DNA of 64,000 bases from Piromyces finnis finn (lineage: Eukaryota; Fungi; Neocallimastigomycota), in assembly GCA_002104945.1 (NCBI GenBank), contig MCFH01000007.1, positions 62,001-126,000 of the forward strand, given 5' to 3'. Shown in pieces: positions 27,894 to 60,987 of the stretch (within the stretch, counting starts at the first letter, position 1; each line of letters begins with the position of its first letter). Made by a program: the position numbers and the translations under genes. The notes below the pieces were generated by a model that worked only from the letters and a program-made list of their open reading frames with translations, did no database searches and was not told the DNA's origin.

Positions 27894-29621
27894 TTATAAT
27901 TCATCTTTAACATTTTCCTTCTTTTCTTCTTCCTTAGCTTCTTCCTTAGTTTCTTCCTTAGTTTCTTCTTTAACTTCTTCCTTTTCTTCTTCTTTAGTTT
28001 CTTCCATTTCTTCTTCAGAATCATCATTGCTTTCTTCTTCATCAGCATAAGCTTCTGGGTGATTTTCTCTTTCTAACTTACGTCTTTTTTCATTCATTTC
28101 TTCAGCCTTCTTAGCAGCTCTCTTATTCTTTTCATCCATAATCTTCTTTCTTTCAGCTGCAACCTTTTCTTCATCTTCCTTTTCAGCCTTTATCTTATCC
28201 ATAACTTCAGTGGCGAAAGTCTTAGCTTCTTCAGCATCATCAGTAACAACAATATCATCGAAGATGGAACCAGCCTTTACTTGCCATAAATCAAAACCAA
28301 CGAAACCACTGTCATAGACATAGATTTCCTTATCATCGAAGTAGTCTGGGTTTGGAATTTCTGGTTGAATCCACTTACCCTTATATTCTGGATTCTTAAT
28401 CTTCTTTGGAGTCCATTTACCCTTGTATTTTGGATTTTCTGATTTTGGAGCTTCCCATTCACCATCCATATCATCATCCCAATCTTCTGGCTTTTCAGCT
28501 TCTGGATCATCAATGTATTGTGGTTCATCTTCATCCCAGTCATCTGGCTTCTTATCATTTGGATCATCGATGTATTCATCATCAACCCAATCAGCTGGTT
28601 TAGTTTTTTCTGGGTCTGGAATTGTCTTTGGTTCTAAGAAGTCCCAATCTTCGAAACTACCAGAAGCCTTTTCAACATTATCAATTGAAACTGAGTAAGT
28701 TTGATCTGGCTTAATAACTAAGGTGTATAAGTGAGTGTAAGTATCATCTTCGGTTGGAATTTCCTTCTTGATGAGATGATTCTTACCCTTGTAAGATAAA
28801 ATAAGGTGGGTCTTCTTGTTAGCACCACAAATATCAGAACCAAACACTATTTAATTTAAAATGTTCAAGTTTTTTTATGAATATCACTTATTTAAATTCT
28901 TTAATAATAAATATTTAATTATATATTTTATATACTTACTGATATTGTATGGCTGTTTTATATTTATTTTATATTTATTTTCGAATACGAATACAATAAA
29001 AATAAATAAATAAGTAAATAAAATGAACTAATTATATTTAAATTACTTACAGTTTCACCGTTAAATTCCTTTGGATCAATATTTGGTGGTAAAACCTTTA
29101 TGTAACCACCACCACAATCAATGTTCTTTAAAAATTACACATTAAAATAAAAATTTATTTATAATCAGTAATGTTTCTATAATAATAATGTTATTATAAT
29201 GTAAATAAAAATCATATTATATATTTATTTTAGAGATTCCTTACTTGTTCGTGTCTAACGGAAAATTGAACAATTAAATCCTTTTCTTTGTTATTGAAAG
29301 CTTCATCAAATGGAGCTGAAATAGAATAGAATTTAGCATTTTGACTAGTTTGAAGACCACGAGACTTTACTGGATCAGCTCTGAATTCCTTACCATTTGA
29401 AATCTATTTAATATTTAAATTTTTTAACTGTTACTATAATATTTTATTTTAAATATTTATATTTATAAAATACTTACCTTAAATTTACCATAATCATCTT
29501 TATATGTACTTTGAACCCAATGCTTTTCCCATGAATCATCATCGAAAGTTTCATGGAAGTAAACTTTACCAAAAGCTGCAGCACAGAAAGAAAGAATGGC
29601 TAAAGTAGTACCGAAACGCAT
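27894..29621 (-). CDS. CALR: Calreticulin (signal peptide, lectin and P domains, acidic tail, KDEL)
   Basis: RHEQNIDCGGGYIKVL signature, IMFGSDICG, P-domain repeats (IDDPNDKKPDDW, GEWEAP, NPEYKGKW), VGFDLWQVKAGSIFD and C-terminal KDEL. No TM segment, so not calnexin. Confidence 0.96.
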
Positions 29622-31739
29622 TTTTAATAATTTCTGTTTTTTTTTAAAAAAAAAAAAAATGTTAAAATACAAATATATTAATATATATTATTATTACTAA
29701 AGTTATTCTCTAAAGCAATTATAATGTAATAAAATTTATTTTTAAAATATGTTAGCTGTACTTTTCTTTGAACTAACATCATTGTATTGCATTATTAACA
29801 ATAATATTACTATTTTTATTATATACTGTCTTTAGTAGTTTATTTATAATATTATCAACTTTTCTATTTTTTTATATTGAATAAACAATACGATTATTTT
29901 CTTTTAAGAATAAAAAAATTTTTATCACTTTATTTTATTTTACTTTTTATATTGTTGGGAATTACAATCATTTTTTCCATTTATTACTAGGTTTTATCAA
30001 TATTTATGTGAAAGATTATTATTTAAATATTATATATTTAACAATACAATGGATAACAATATTTATATTTTCTTTCTATAATATCATAGTCTCCTTTTAC
30101 TAATATATTTTCTTGTTTTTTGTTTTTGCTTTTTTTTATTATTACTAATAAAATTATTCTTTTTTCTTTTTACCTTTATATTTTTATAATAATTTTTTTA
30201 TATTTTCTATTATTTTTTTTTTTATTTAATTATATAATTACTTTAAAGAAATATAAAAATTTAAAAAAAAAGTTTTTATATTTTTTTAAATAATTCTTTT
30301 CTTTATATATTATTTTTTATTATTATTATTAAAATACAAAAACTTTAATATTATGATAATAAAATAATAATAAAATAAATAAAATATTAATTTAGTTACA
30401 TTAATTATTTAGAATATATTAAACTTTTAATTATTTTATTTGGATTATATTAAAAGGTAAAGTTTAAAATGTTATTTCAAATAATATATTAATATGAATT
30501 TCAATATATGCTATTAATTAAAGATTTTTTTTTTTTATTAATATTAAAAAATGATCTTTTGATATATATGAACATGTAATTATTTTATTGAATGAATAAT
30601 ATAATTAAATATATATTGATATATAACATATTATATTAGAATATAATTTAAGAATTTGAATTTAATTAAACAGTAAACTTTAATATTACTTAAAAAAATA
30701 AAAATACTAATGGCACTATTTTAAGTAATAGGAGAAAAATCAGCACAAAGAATTTTAATATCTTTATTAAATATTATGTAAAACATTAAATATTCTTTAT
30801 TTTAAAAAATAGGATTTGAATGTTTCGAAGCTTAAATTTACGACTTTTTTTAAACACAATTAAATAATTGTTAGCTTTTTAAATAATGATATATAATTTA
30901 ATTATAGCATCATTATGATAGTAATTACTTTTGAATTTTATTTTTTTTTATTCAATAGGAGATGATAAAATAAAAAAAAAATTAAAAAAGGTAAATCATC
31001 ATTTTTTCTTATTTTCTTTATAAAAATTATTAGTAACATATATACTTTATTTTCTTCTTTCTTTAATAGTATATAACAAATATTATTAAATTTACTATTA
31101 ATCCTTTATAATTAATTATTAACTCTATTCAATAGAAAGCATTATTTAACTTATTTTTGTTTTATTGTCTTTATATTCAATAATACACTTTCCATTTTTA
31201 CTATATTTTTTTCTTTTTTTTTTCCTTTATTATTTTTATTAAAATTTTTTTAATTAAAAAATGTAATATCCACTTTTTCTTTATAATATATTTTAGAATT
31301 CATAAGAATAATTTTGATTTAATTTATATTGACCTGGTTAAATTTTATTGGTTGCTTATAAAAATTTAATAAAATTTGAATTTATGAAAAGATGAAATTT
31401 TAAAAAAATAAATTGTGGTAAAAATATCCAATTGATCTGATATAAGCTTTTCTTAATGAAATATAATACATCTCTTTTATTAACATATGTTTAAACAGAA
31501 AATATATATAATAAAAAATTAAAATATATATTTATTATATTTATCAATAGTTAGTACAATATTAACTATTTATTCTTAAATTATTATAAAGATTATTATC
31601 CTTGAAGGATATAATATTTATTGTTAAATAAGTATAACCTACCATCTTTTGAATTTTTTTTTTTAAACTATTGAATTCAAGTAAAAGCATGATTTATAAA
31701 ATTACATAATATAATCCGCTATTATCCGATAAATTGTTT

Positions 31740-31774
<35 letters not shown>

Positions 31775-33175
31775 CAAAATTTTATTATTATTTTATTTAT
31801 TCAGTAATTTTTATTTTAATTTTATTTTTAATAAGAATAAGAAGAAAAAGAATGGTTACAATTGATTTAGTTATTAGTTATTTAAAATACTGGCGGATTT
31901 TAATAATTAATAAATTTGCTTTATGAGTCATATTATATGTAAACAATTCTTTAATCAAAATTGTAGTTCCAATTCTTACTTTCTTTTTTAAAAATAAAAT
32001 ATTAAAATTTTTATTATTCTTATTTTAATATATTATCAATATAAATTCTAGTTTTCCATTTTTTTATAGAATATTATTATAATGTTTTGTTTTTGTAAAT
32101 AAGAATAGCAATAAATATAACTAAAATATATAGATATATTATCAAAATATGTATAGAGAAATTGATTCAAATAATACAAATAATAAAAGCTTAAAGAATT
32201 AAAAAAAAATCAAATTTAAATATAATAGAATGATAAGCTAAAAAGAATCTTATATTTAAGCTGTCTATTAAATTGTGTATTATTAATAAATATTTTAATA
32301 TTTTACACAATATTATATTTAGAAATTTATATGTTTTTTTTATTTTTTATTTTACTACTTTTAAAATTAATCATCCAATAATTTATAATAAAATAATAGA
32401 TTGTTACTTAATGATTTATTAAATAATGTTATTTAGAATATAGTTGAATAATTTTTGATTGTAGATAAATACAAAAAGTAAATGCTAGTTAAAATATAAT
32501 GCTATGAATATCAAAAATTTTAAATAACTTTGATTTTACTCACTTTTTTATTATTAAAAACAAAAGAATCAATAATTAAATATAATTTAATTAATGTTTC
32601 TATTAATATAATTATAATAATAAGCATAATCATAATTATATTAAAAAGATTTTATAAACAATTTAACAAATATGGAAATGGTTTTATAATTGAAATACTT
32701 GATATTATTTTATAATTTAAAACAAAATGTTCAGTAATAAATAACAACCTAATCTAATCCTTAATTATTATACAAAAATTTTTGTATGAAAATGTTTGTA
32801 CATATAAACTATAAAAAATTTTTCTAGGCCCACACAGTGCCTTTTATTTTATTTTATTTTATTTTTTTTTTTTAAAAAGTTTCTAATTAAAGTTGTTATA
32901 AATGCAATTAAATTTTAAAAAAATGAAATAAATTGAAATTTATATAATTATAATGTAATATTATTTTTTAAATTTCAATTTTATAATCAATCATAAAATT
33001 TAAAATATATTTTATTTATATTTATTTGTATTTATTGAAAATTATTATTATATATTTTTTTTATAGTCTATTTAAAATTTGTATAAATTTTCAAACATTA
33101 AAAAAGAACAAAGCATTTTCTTTTCTTTTTCTTTTTTTTTTAAATATAATATATTCATCATTTAATTAAATCATA

Positions 33176-39472
<6,297 letters not shown>

Positions 39473-42400
39473 TTTATTTTTTTAAACCAAATCTAGTAGA
39501 CTCTTCAGGTTAAATTCTCTAGATATTTTTCAGAAAAAGAAATTTTTACGATAATATCATTAATAATACCATTTATTTTTTTTTTAAAAAAAAAACTTTT
39601 ATGCTTTATTAGTTTTTATTTATAATTCATTTAAAATATTCTCTATTTTATTTATTAATAAAACTAGTTTTTTTTTTTTTATAATTATCTTTTAATTTAT
39701 ATATAAAATATATAGTTTCATTTTTAATCCAAAGTTTTTTAGATTTTACTTAAATTTTTTTTTAACTTGATCTATATCCTTTATTTATTTTTATTATTTA
39801 ATTTTTTTTTATATTATAGACAATTACCCCCATATGTATATACAATCGATTCAACAAAGCAATTATTAAATAAATATTAGTAATAACTAAATAAGTCTAT
39901 TTTACACTGTTATAAAAATCAATCTTTAATTTCAAGAGTTGTATAACTCTATAAAACATTTTTATATTTATTTATTTCATTGTGCTATTATTATATTTTT
40001 ATAGATTGTATTTCATATAAAATCAAAGTATAAAGAAAATATATTTATTTGTAGTTTTAATATTTATTTTATTAACGATATAAAACTATAATTTATAATA
40101 ATAGTAAAAATAGTATTATCTTATTTCATTAAAACAATACTAATTGAGTATCCCTATGTCAATAGTTCATCATTTTTTACATTAAACAATAATTATGCAT
40201 TCTGGGAAATTGGGAATCTTTTAATATAACTGAACCTATTTCATTTCTAACCTTCATTTGTCCTATTAAAATTTCAATGGTGGAAAAAAATTATTATAAA
40301 TTTTTTTAATATGTATACAGTAAATTATAAATATATTTTAATATATATTATAATAAATTGTGTAATATATAATATATAGTATAATAAATAAATTTGTTTA
40401 TTTATTTAATGATATTCAAATTTAATTTATTAAGATTATTAAAGTTTTACAGGTTATTAAAAATTTTATAATTCTACCAAAATTTAATTGCTAAAAGAAT
40501 AAAAATATAATAAATAAGGTTTATGTAATTGTTACATCTTTTATATTAATTTTTTATTTCAATTAAAATAAAGACATTTAACAAATAAGGAATGTAAATT
40601 CTTTAAAATCAATTATACAGAAATATTTATTATATGAAAAAAATACATTATACTTTTTAACAAATAAAGATTGCATTTTCCCCTATTTCTAATTGGAATA
40701 TATTTTATAATTAAATGCATTGAAGAAATATAAAAAAAAAAAGTTTTTTAATGATATACAATTATTATTATTAAGATTTAACAATTAAGGATAAAACCAT
40801 TCTTTTATTTTTTTATATTGTTAAAAATCTCTATAAATATTTATGTTAATTATTTATATATATTTTATCACTGTATCATCCTTTTATTATTATTGTTTAT
40901 AATTCCTTGATTAATATTTATAAAGTGACAATCATTCATATTTTAAGTTTTTTTTTTTTTTGAATAAAATAAGGTTCTAGCATTTTTCATTGTTCTTATT
41001 TATTATAAGTAACTTCTAGTTGTTAAACTATAAAATTTTATGATAAAAAGGATAGTGAAAAAGGTAACATTTTTCCTTTTTTTATTTGTACAACTCATAA
41101 TTTTTATTCGTGGTAACCTTTTTTTTTTTAAGATATTTATATATTTAATGATATAAAAATAGAGTTCAATCAAATTCAAGTGCTTATTTAAAAATGAAAA
41201 TATTATTGATTGTTAATTGTAGTCTTTTTTTTCTTTTTATTTTATTTTTGTTTTCTCTGAATCTTTTAAAAGTCATTATTTTGAGAATATTCTAAAAATT
41301 ACTTCTTTTATGAATAATATTTTATAAATTAAATAGAATTATTAATACTATAATTCTTATTTTTTTATATATAAATGAAATATTAAAAAGAATTATATTA
41401 TATATTTTAATATTTCTTTTTCTTTTTTAGAACTTTTTTTTAATATTTATTTCATTTTCTATTTTCCGAAATAAGCTATTTTTTTTTATTTATTTTTCTA
41501 TTCTGTGTTAAGTGTGACAAAAAATTAATTTATATTTATAGAATATTAATAAATAATAAATCAAATTATATATTAAATAATTTTAAAAAAAAAATTGTAA
41601 TTTTGTTAAGCTTTTTTTTCTACTAGAAAATAGTTTGTAATTACACAGAAAAAAAAAAGACCTTTTGTATTTATAATGAACATTGAAATATTTTTCTAAA
41701 TAATTAATATTAGAGAAAAACTTAAAGCAATTCATTACCACTACTAGTATATATGATTGCATAGATCAAATCTAGATATTTAATTATATTACTGAATAAG
41801 AACACCAATAAGCTTTTTAAAAGTGAAAAATTAAAAATCTTTTTTTTTTTTTTTCTAAAAAAAGTATTCTTTTATTATACTCTCTTAACCTGCTAAATAA
41901 CTTATGATGCTTTAGCAAGTAAAAAAAAATATTTAAAGGACTTTCCTATTAATGATTTATTGGTTTTCAATCGTAAGAGGGAGAATCAACCAAATTTTTT
42001 TTTTTATTGCTGAAATTGAAACCGCCGTTAATATATAAAGAAAATTATTTTTCTTTTTTCCTTTTTTTTAATAAAAGTTTTTATATTAATTTTTTTTAAA
42101 ATGTCACCTTTTTTCAAAGTTAAACAAATAATAAATGAAATAAATGATCCATAAAAAGTTTTAAATTTTTTAATATAGTAATATATGTATTAAATGAAAT
42201 AATATATAACAATTATATTAAATTATATATTATTTTTAACAAATATAAATTATAGATAGATTTAATAATTTTATTATATAAAAATTAATTATTTAATTTA
42301 TATTTTTTTGTTTATTATATCACAGTAATACTATAAAATTTGTATGGTAGTTTCTGTAAATATATTTTTCAATATATCAATAATATATTCTATTTTTATT

Positions 42401-43520
42401 TTATATATATAATAAATATAATAAATATATTATGATTTTATATACTATATTTTATATTAAATTAATGTATTAAATTAATACTTGATTTATTTATAATATA
42501 TAAATTGTAGAATATAAATACATTATATATATTCTTTTTTTCATATAGAGTATAGTCTCTATGGTTAAAAGATAATATATTTCTACAATATATTAAATTT
42601 AAATATAATATATTATAATATATACATAAAACTAAAATAAAAATATAATTATTAAAGTAGGATGGTTAATAAGTAAAATTATTAAAACTAATTATAATTA
42701 TTATAAAAATAAATATTAATAAATAAAAAATATTAAATAATATATTAAAAGACAATTATATAGTAACAGAAATAAATAAAATATATATTATAATTATATA
42801 TAAAATATATAAAATAATATAGTGTATAATAATCAATTGATCAAAATGATTCCAATAAAATTTTTTATATAGTGCTATTTATTATTAATGATATTAATAT
42901 TATATAAGGCTTTTTATTATTTAATATATAATATTATTTTATTTGAATCCATATTTTTGACATATTTATATATTATTAAAATAATAATTAATATAGAAAT
43001 TTTAATATTAATTTTTTTTATTACTTCTATTATTTAAAGAATGTATTGTAATATATAGAATTCTATTTATTAATTAATTACAATTTGAATAGAATTTTTT
43101 TATAGTTTTAGTTTTAGTGATATTAAAAACAAATTTTAAAAATTTCAATTTTTTTTCTTTAAACTACAAATAATTGATTAAAAAAAAAAAAAAAAATTCT
43201 TGATGATAAATATATATTCACTATGTATATTTATTTGATAGATAAAAGAATGACAAATAACAGTTCATTTTAAAGATTAGAACAGAATCAAAATTTACTT
43301 TATATCGAAAAATAATCAAATTATTACTTTTGTCATTTTTATAATAATCATATAATCAAAGAATTAAAACCAAATATCAATAAAACATAATAAAAATATA
43401 AAATAATAATATATAAAAATAAAATTCAAAATACCTATATAGTAAACAGGAAAAATATTCTAATAAAGAATTATATAGATAATATATATCTTTTAAGACA
43501 AAGTTTGATATATATTTAAA

Positions 43521-43554
<34 letters not shown>

Positions 43555-44341
43555 GAATAAGAAATCAATATTATATATATAATTAAAACACAAACTTTTT
43601 ATCAAAAGTTATTTATATATAATAAAATTTCATCAATAATTTATTTAATTTTTTTTTATTAGTATAAACGATAAAACATAATATAATTCCTTTTTTTTTT
43701 CTTTTAAGTCACAAGCTTTATCACAATTTGTAAAAATAAAAAATAATCATAAACAACTAACCAAAAAGAATTATATTTTTAATTTAATATTTTATTTTAA
43801 TAACATAATAGTATTATTTAAAGTTACTATTTATATTAAAATAATAAATTAATCGGTATTTATATATACATTTAAAGAATCTAAAACTTAATATACAGGT
43901 ATATAAATTTATTAATTATTTATTATTTGCTGTGTATATTTTATTGAAATGTTAAAGTTTATGAATTTGATTGAGTATATATTTTAATTTAGTAAAAGTT
44001 ATTGACTTTTAAATGTTATGATAATTATATACATAAATTAATGTTTTAAATTTTTATATATAATTATTATTTATTAACAATATATTTAATTGTTTTTTTT
44101 TACTAGATTAATAGTAATAAAACAATAGATAAATTCAAAACAACATTTCATAAAATACTCATATAAACATATAGAGTAACAATAAATAGTTACCCATATA
44201 ATTAAAAGCAGCAATATAAATATTCAATTTTCTATATTCAATTTTCTATAATTTAGTTGTATAAATCATTTTAGTACTTATTAAACTTTCTTTTAATATA
44301 TCCTGTTAATATTTCTTTATTAAAAAATTACTGTATATAAA

Positions 44342-47300
44342 ATGGCTATCGAAAACACTTCAATAATTGATAATAATGTTATTATCGATTCAAATGAAAA
44401 TGAAATTATATCAATTGAAAATATTTCTAATGAAAATAAAAATGAAACTTTTTCAGAAGTAGAAGAAATAATTATTAAAGCAGAACCGGAAGAAATAAAA
44501 ATGAGTGATGATATAAATAAAATTGTAATTGTCAATTTATCTAATGATGACGATACAAATATACCCACACCAACTATCACTACTTCAAGAATAGATGAAG
44601 ATCCATTTGAAAAGGCTATGAGAAAAAATAGTGAGGAAATATCTAATGTTGATAATAATATTAATAATATATTAAATGAAATATCAACTGAAACAGAAAG
44701 CTCTAATGAACACTCTACCGAAAAAGCTTTATTAAATGAAGCTTCAAAGGAAAGTCTTATTAATAATAAACAAGATGAATCACAAGAAGTAACAGATTCT
44801 AGTTTAAGTGATATTGACCTTAATCAAATGATTTCTGAACAACTTAATACAGATTTTACAGAAGTTGATTTAAATTCATCAAGAGGTAAATTATTTTTAA
44901 AATGGTTATTTCATTAAGTTTTTTTTTTTTTCATTCATATTGTTAAGAAATTATATAAAAATAAAATTATTGTTAACAAAGTGCTAAAATTATATATATA
45001 TATTTTTTTAAACCATTAATTAATTTTATTCGAAATATTATCTATCAGATACAAACCATAATATTGATTTAGATAGTAATCCAGATAACTATTCAGTTAG
45101 TTATTTTGAAGAACCAGAATCAGTTCCCTTAGAACAACTTATTGATAATGTTGATCTAGACCATCCAATTAAGATTGGTAGTACCACTGCAGATATTATT
45201 AACTCAAGTTTAATGAAATTAAATTTAAATGAAGAAATTAATAATTCACTTGATTCAATTAGTTCAGAAAGTATTTCTAGTACTGAAAGTGATACCTCTA
45301 ATGATTCAATAAAAATTAAAATTATACTTAGTAATCCAGAAGATGAACAAGTTGAAGTTTATAATTCAAATAGTATTAAAATTATTGTTACTGATCCAGA
45401 TAATATTAAACAAACCATTTACCCATACCATGAGAATGGATTAAAAGAAGCTGTTAATAAAGCAATTGATAAACATAAAAATAAGACAAAATCAAAAACA
45501 AAATCAAAGACAAAGAAATCAAAGAAAGCCAAGAAGACTGTTCGCTTCAATATTGAAAATGATACATATTGTTCTGATAATGAAGTCATTCCAATGGTTG
45601 ATGAAAACTCAATGGAAAGTTTAAGAAAAGAAATTGATAGACTAAACTCACGTATTGTTGAAGAAATTAAAGCAAGAACCATTCTTCAGCATACTCTTGA
45701 TGACACAATCATTGAAACTGAAAAGGTTAAAAAAGAAGCTGTTGAAAAGTCTGATTTAAAGATACGTGAAACAATGGAATATGTACACCGTTTACAAGAA
45801 TCAATGGATAATCGTATAAATAAGATGCAAAATGAAAACTTGGAAAAATATAAAGAATTACAAGCTGCTCATGATGCTCGTTTAGAAGAAGAACGTGAAG
45901 TATGGAGACAAATTGATCAAGATGCTAGAAAGCGCCTTCAAGATGAACGTGATGAAAAGAATCATTTTATTGAAGAAAACAAACGTTTAGAAAAAGTCGT
46001 TGAAAAATTAAAGCGCCAAATTGAAGAAGAAGCTACAAATTCTGAAAACTTCCAATTAAGTGTTAAGCAAATGCTTGAAGAATATGAAAATAAATACAAA
46101 GAAGAACAACTTTCTAGAAAGAATGCAGAAGAAGTAATTGACCGTGTTTTGGAAAAATCCAGAGATTTCCAAGAAAATGTTGAAGACTTAAACTTTTTAA
46201 ATAAGTCTTTAAAAGATAACAATCGTGAATTATCTGAAAAATTGAGTGAAGCTGAATCCAAAATTGAATACAAAGAAAAGTTTATTGAAGAATTAAAATC
46301 AAAAATTGGTGATCTTAACTTTACCATTGAAATCTTAAAGGAAGAATCCGAAAATAGTATTCAAAAGATTAAGATTTTAAGTTCAGAAACTCAAAATATT
46401 ACCGATCGTTCTATCCAACAAATTAATGAAGTTAGAGAAGAGAATGTTAATATCTATAAATTATTGGATAGTACAACGAAAAAATATGATGAATTACAAA
46501 CATTATATAATATTAAGGTTGAAGAAGTCGAACTTTTAAAGAAAAAAATGGAACAAATGAATAAAAAGTTCAAGCGTATTCTTCGTAAGAATATTATGAA
46601 AAGTGGATTAGATAGTGCTACAAGCCCAGTTTCTGCAATCAATTTCAGCAATACTTCATTTGAGATTATGTCAAATAATCCAAATAACAGTAGTATTAAA
46701 GAAACACCAATTCTTGGAGAACCAAGTAATGTTATAGATGATACTGACGATAACAGTAGTGTTCACAAGCAAACTATTCGTAAAAAGGCTAGTAATGCTA
46801 GTATTTCAAGTACTACTTTATCGATTTCTAGTCTTTTAATGACCAGTCAAAATGATATGAACATGACTCCAATTCTTCCATACGGAATGAATGAAGTTAT
46901 AAAGGAGGAGGATGAAATTGAAGATGAAGTTATTTCATTAGAAGAAAAACAAGTTCCATTAGATCGTCGCGATAGTAAAGATAGCAATAACTCTAATAAT
47001 AGTGGAAATAAAATTAATGAAAAGAAACTTCCAAAACTTACAATTCAAACAAATAATGATGAAATTATAGAAAACATTTTAAGTGCTCAAGTTAGTGATT
47101 CTGATGATGATGATACTGATGATGCCGACTATAAGACTATGAATGATGGTGAACTCTCAACCATGATTGAAAAGAGAACTATGGAATTCAGAACAGATGA
47201 TACTGAATATCTTGACTTTGTTGAAAAATTAAAGATTCCAAGTAAAATAGCTACAGCTAAATTTATAAAACGTTGTGAAGTAGAAGAAATTACTGGTTGT

Positions 47301-47738
47301 TTAACATTTGAAGGCGAGTATTCTGGTTTCTTTAATAACAGAAAGCTTTGGAATAATGCAAAGGCAGGTACAATTTTAATTGAACCAATCACTAAGCACA
47401 CCGCTGCTTCAGAAAGTTCAGATGATACTGCTGTTGTTGAATCTCAACAACAATATGTTAATCTTAAATGTGCTCTATGTTCACTTCGTAAAACTAATTA
47501 CCATGATATGGCTAGTTGGTTCAAATTCAAGGCAGCTGAAACAGATCCAAACTATGAAAAAATCTGTCCATATTGTAGAGAAAAATTAGCTAATGCATGT
47601 GAATGGTATACTTATATTCGTCTCATTCAAAATAATATGATAAAGAAAAATCCAAAACTTATTTATTCAGATTTATTAGACATAAAAAGAAAACTTTTCT
47701 ATAGTAAGAATGGAATTAGTTTTAAATATCAAAATTAA
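44342..47738 (+). CDS. Sec2/Rabin8-family coiled-coil protein (1077 aa) with C-terminal Cys domain and a degenerate GEF motif
   Basis: Exons 44342-44885 and 45049-47738 join in frame. The C-terminus FIKRCEVEEITGCLTF...TILIEP...CALC...ICPYCREKLANACEWYTYIRLIQNN...LLDIKRKLFYSKNG matches the recalled Sec2/RAB3IP C-terminal domain. Confidence 0.7.
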
Positions 47739-48461
47739 TTTCCATATATTTAAGTATAGAAAGTAAATGTTACATTTTGAAAAACATAATTCTTTATATT
47801 AATTTTTATTAAATACATATTTTATCAGTCATATATATATGTTGGCATTAAAAAGTACAGTAAAAATGAAAATAAAATAAATATTAAATTCTATATATTT
47901 TAAAAAAATTACTGTAATTTATAAGTCATAAAATAGATTTCTTTTTCATCAATATTCATTTAAATGTAATATGGAAAAAGAGACAAATTAATCAGCTTCA
48001 TTTTTAATTAAAAATATCTTTTTGAGTTAGTTAAATTCTATCACAGGAAACAAACAAAACACATTATTAACAAATAATTTATTCATACTAAAAAAAGAAA
48101 ACTAAAAAAAAAACGAAAACAAAGTAACCAATTTATTTTACAGAAGTAATTTTTTTTTTTTTTGTATTAAGCAAAAAAGTTTAATTTATTATATGATTCA
48201 AAATAAAAGAAAAAAAGATAAAAAATTAAAAAAATAATAATAATAATAAAAAAAAAATAATAATAAAAAATAAATCCTCCTTTTTTTTATTTAAGTATCT
48301 ATAAATTATTTTTGAAAATATAATTTTGTTTTGTAAATATATAATTTTGTTTTGTCTTTAAATTATTAAATATTTATTTATATTTTATTATATTATTATT
48401 TTTAAAAGGTAACTGCTAATTAGTATTTATTTCTATGTATAAACTTTATATAAATTCTAAA

Positions 48462-48492
<31 letters not shown>

Positions 48493-48544
48493 TTTATATT
48501 AAGTTTTTGTTTTATTATTATTATTTTTTTTAAATGTAATTGTT

Positions 48545-60987
<12,443 letters not shown>

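Noticed and set aside
29630-33170. Hidden gene or transposon in the 3.5-kb CALR to SMC4 spacer
   Set aside because: No coding-like stretch, terminal repeats or tRNA boxes seen. Only scattered short motifs such as AATCCGC/GCGGATT.
40240-40260. CTAACCTT as a possible telomerase RNA template
   Set aside because: It does not match 1.5 TTAGGG repeats, and there is no supporting structure.
48314-48355. Tandem 21-bp duplication AAATATATAATTTTGTTTTGT x2
   Set aside because: Only two units, between convergent 3' ends. An ordinary slippage duplication, not a CRISPR-like or mobile repeat.
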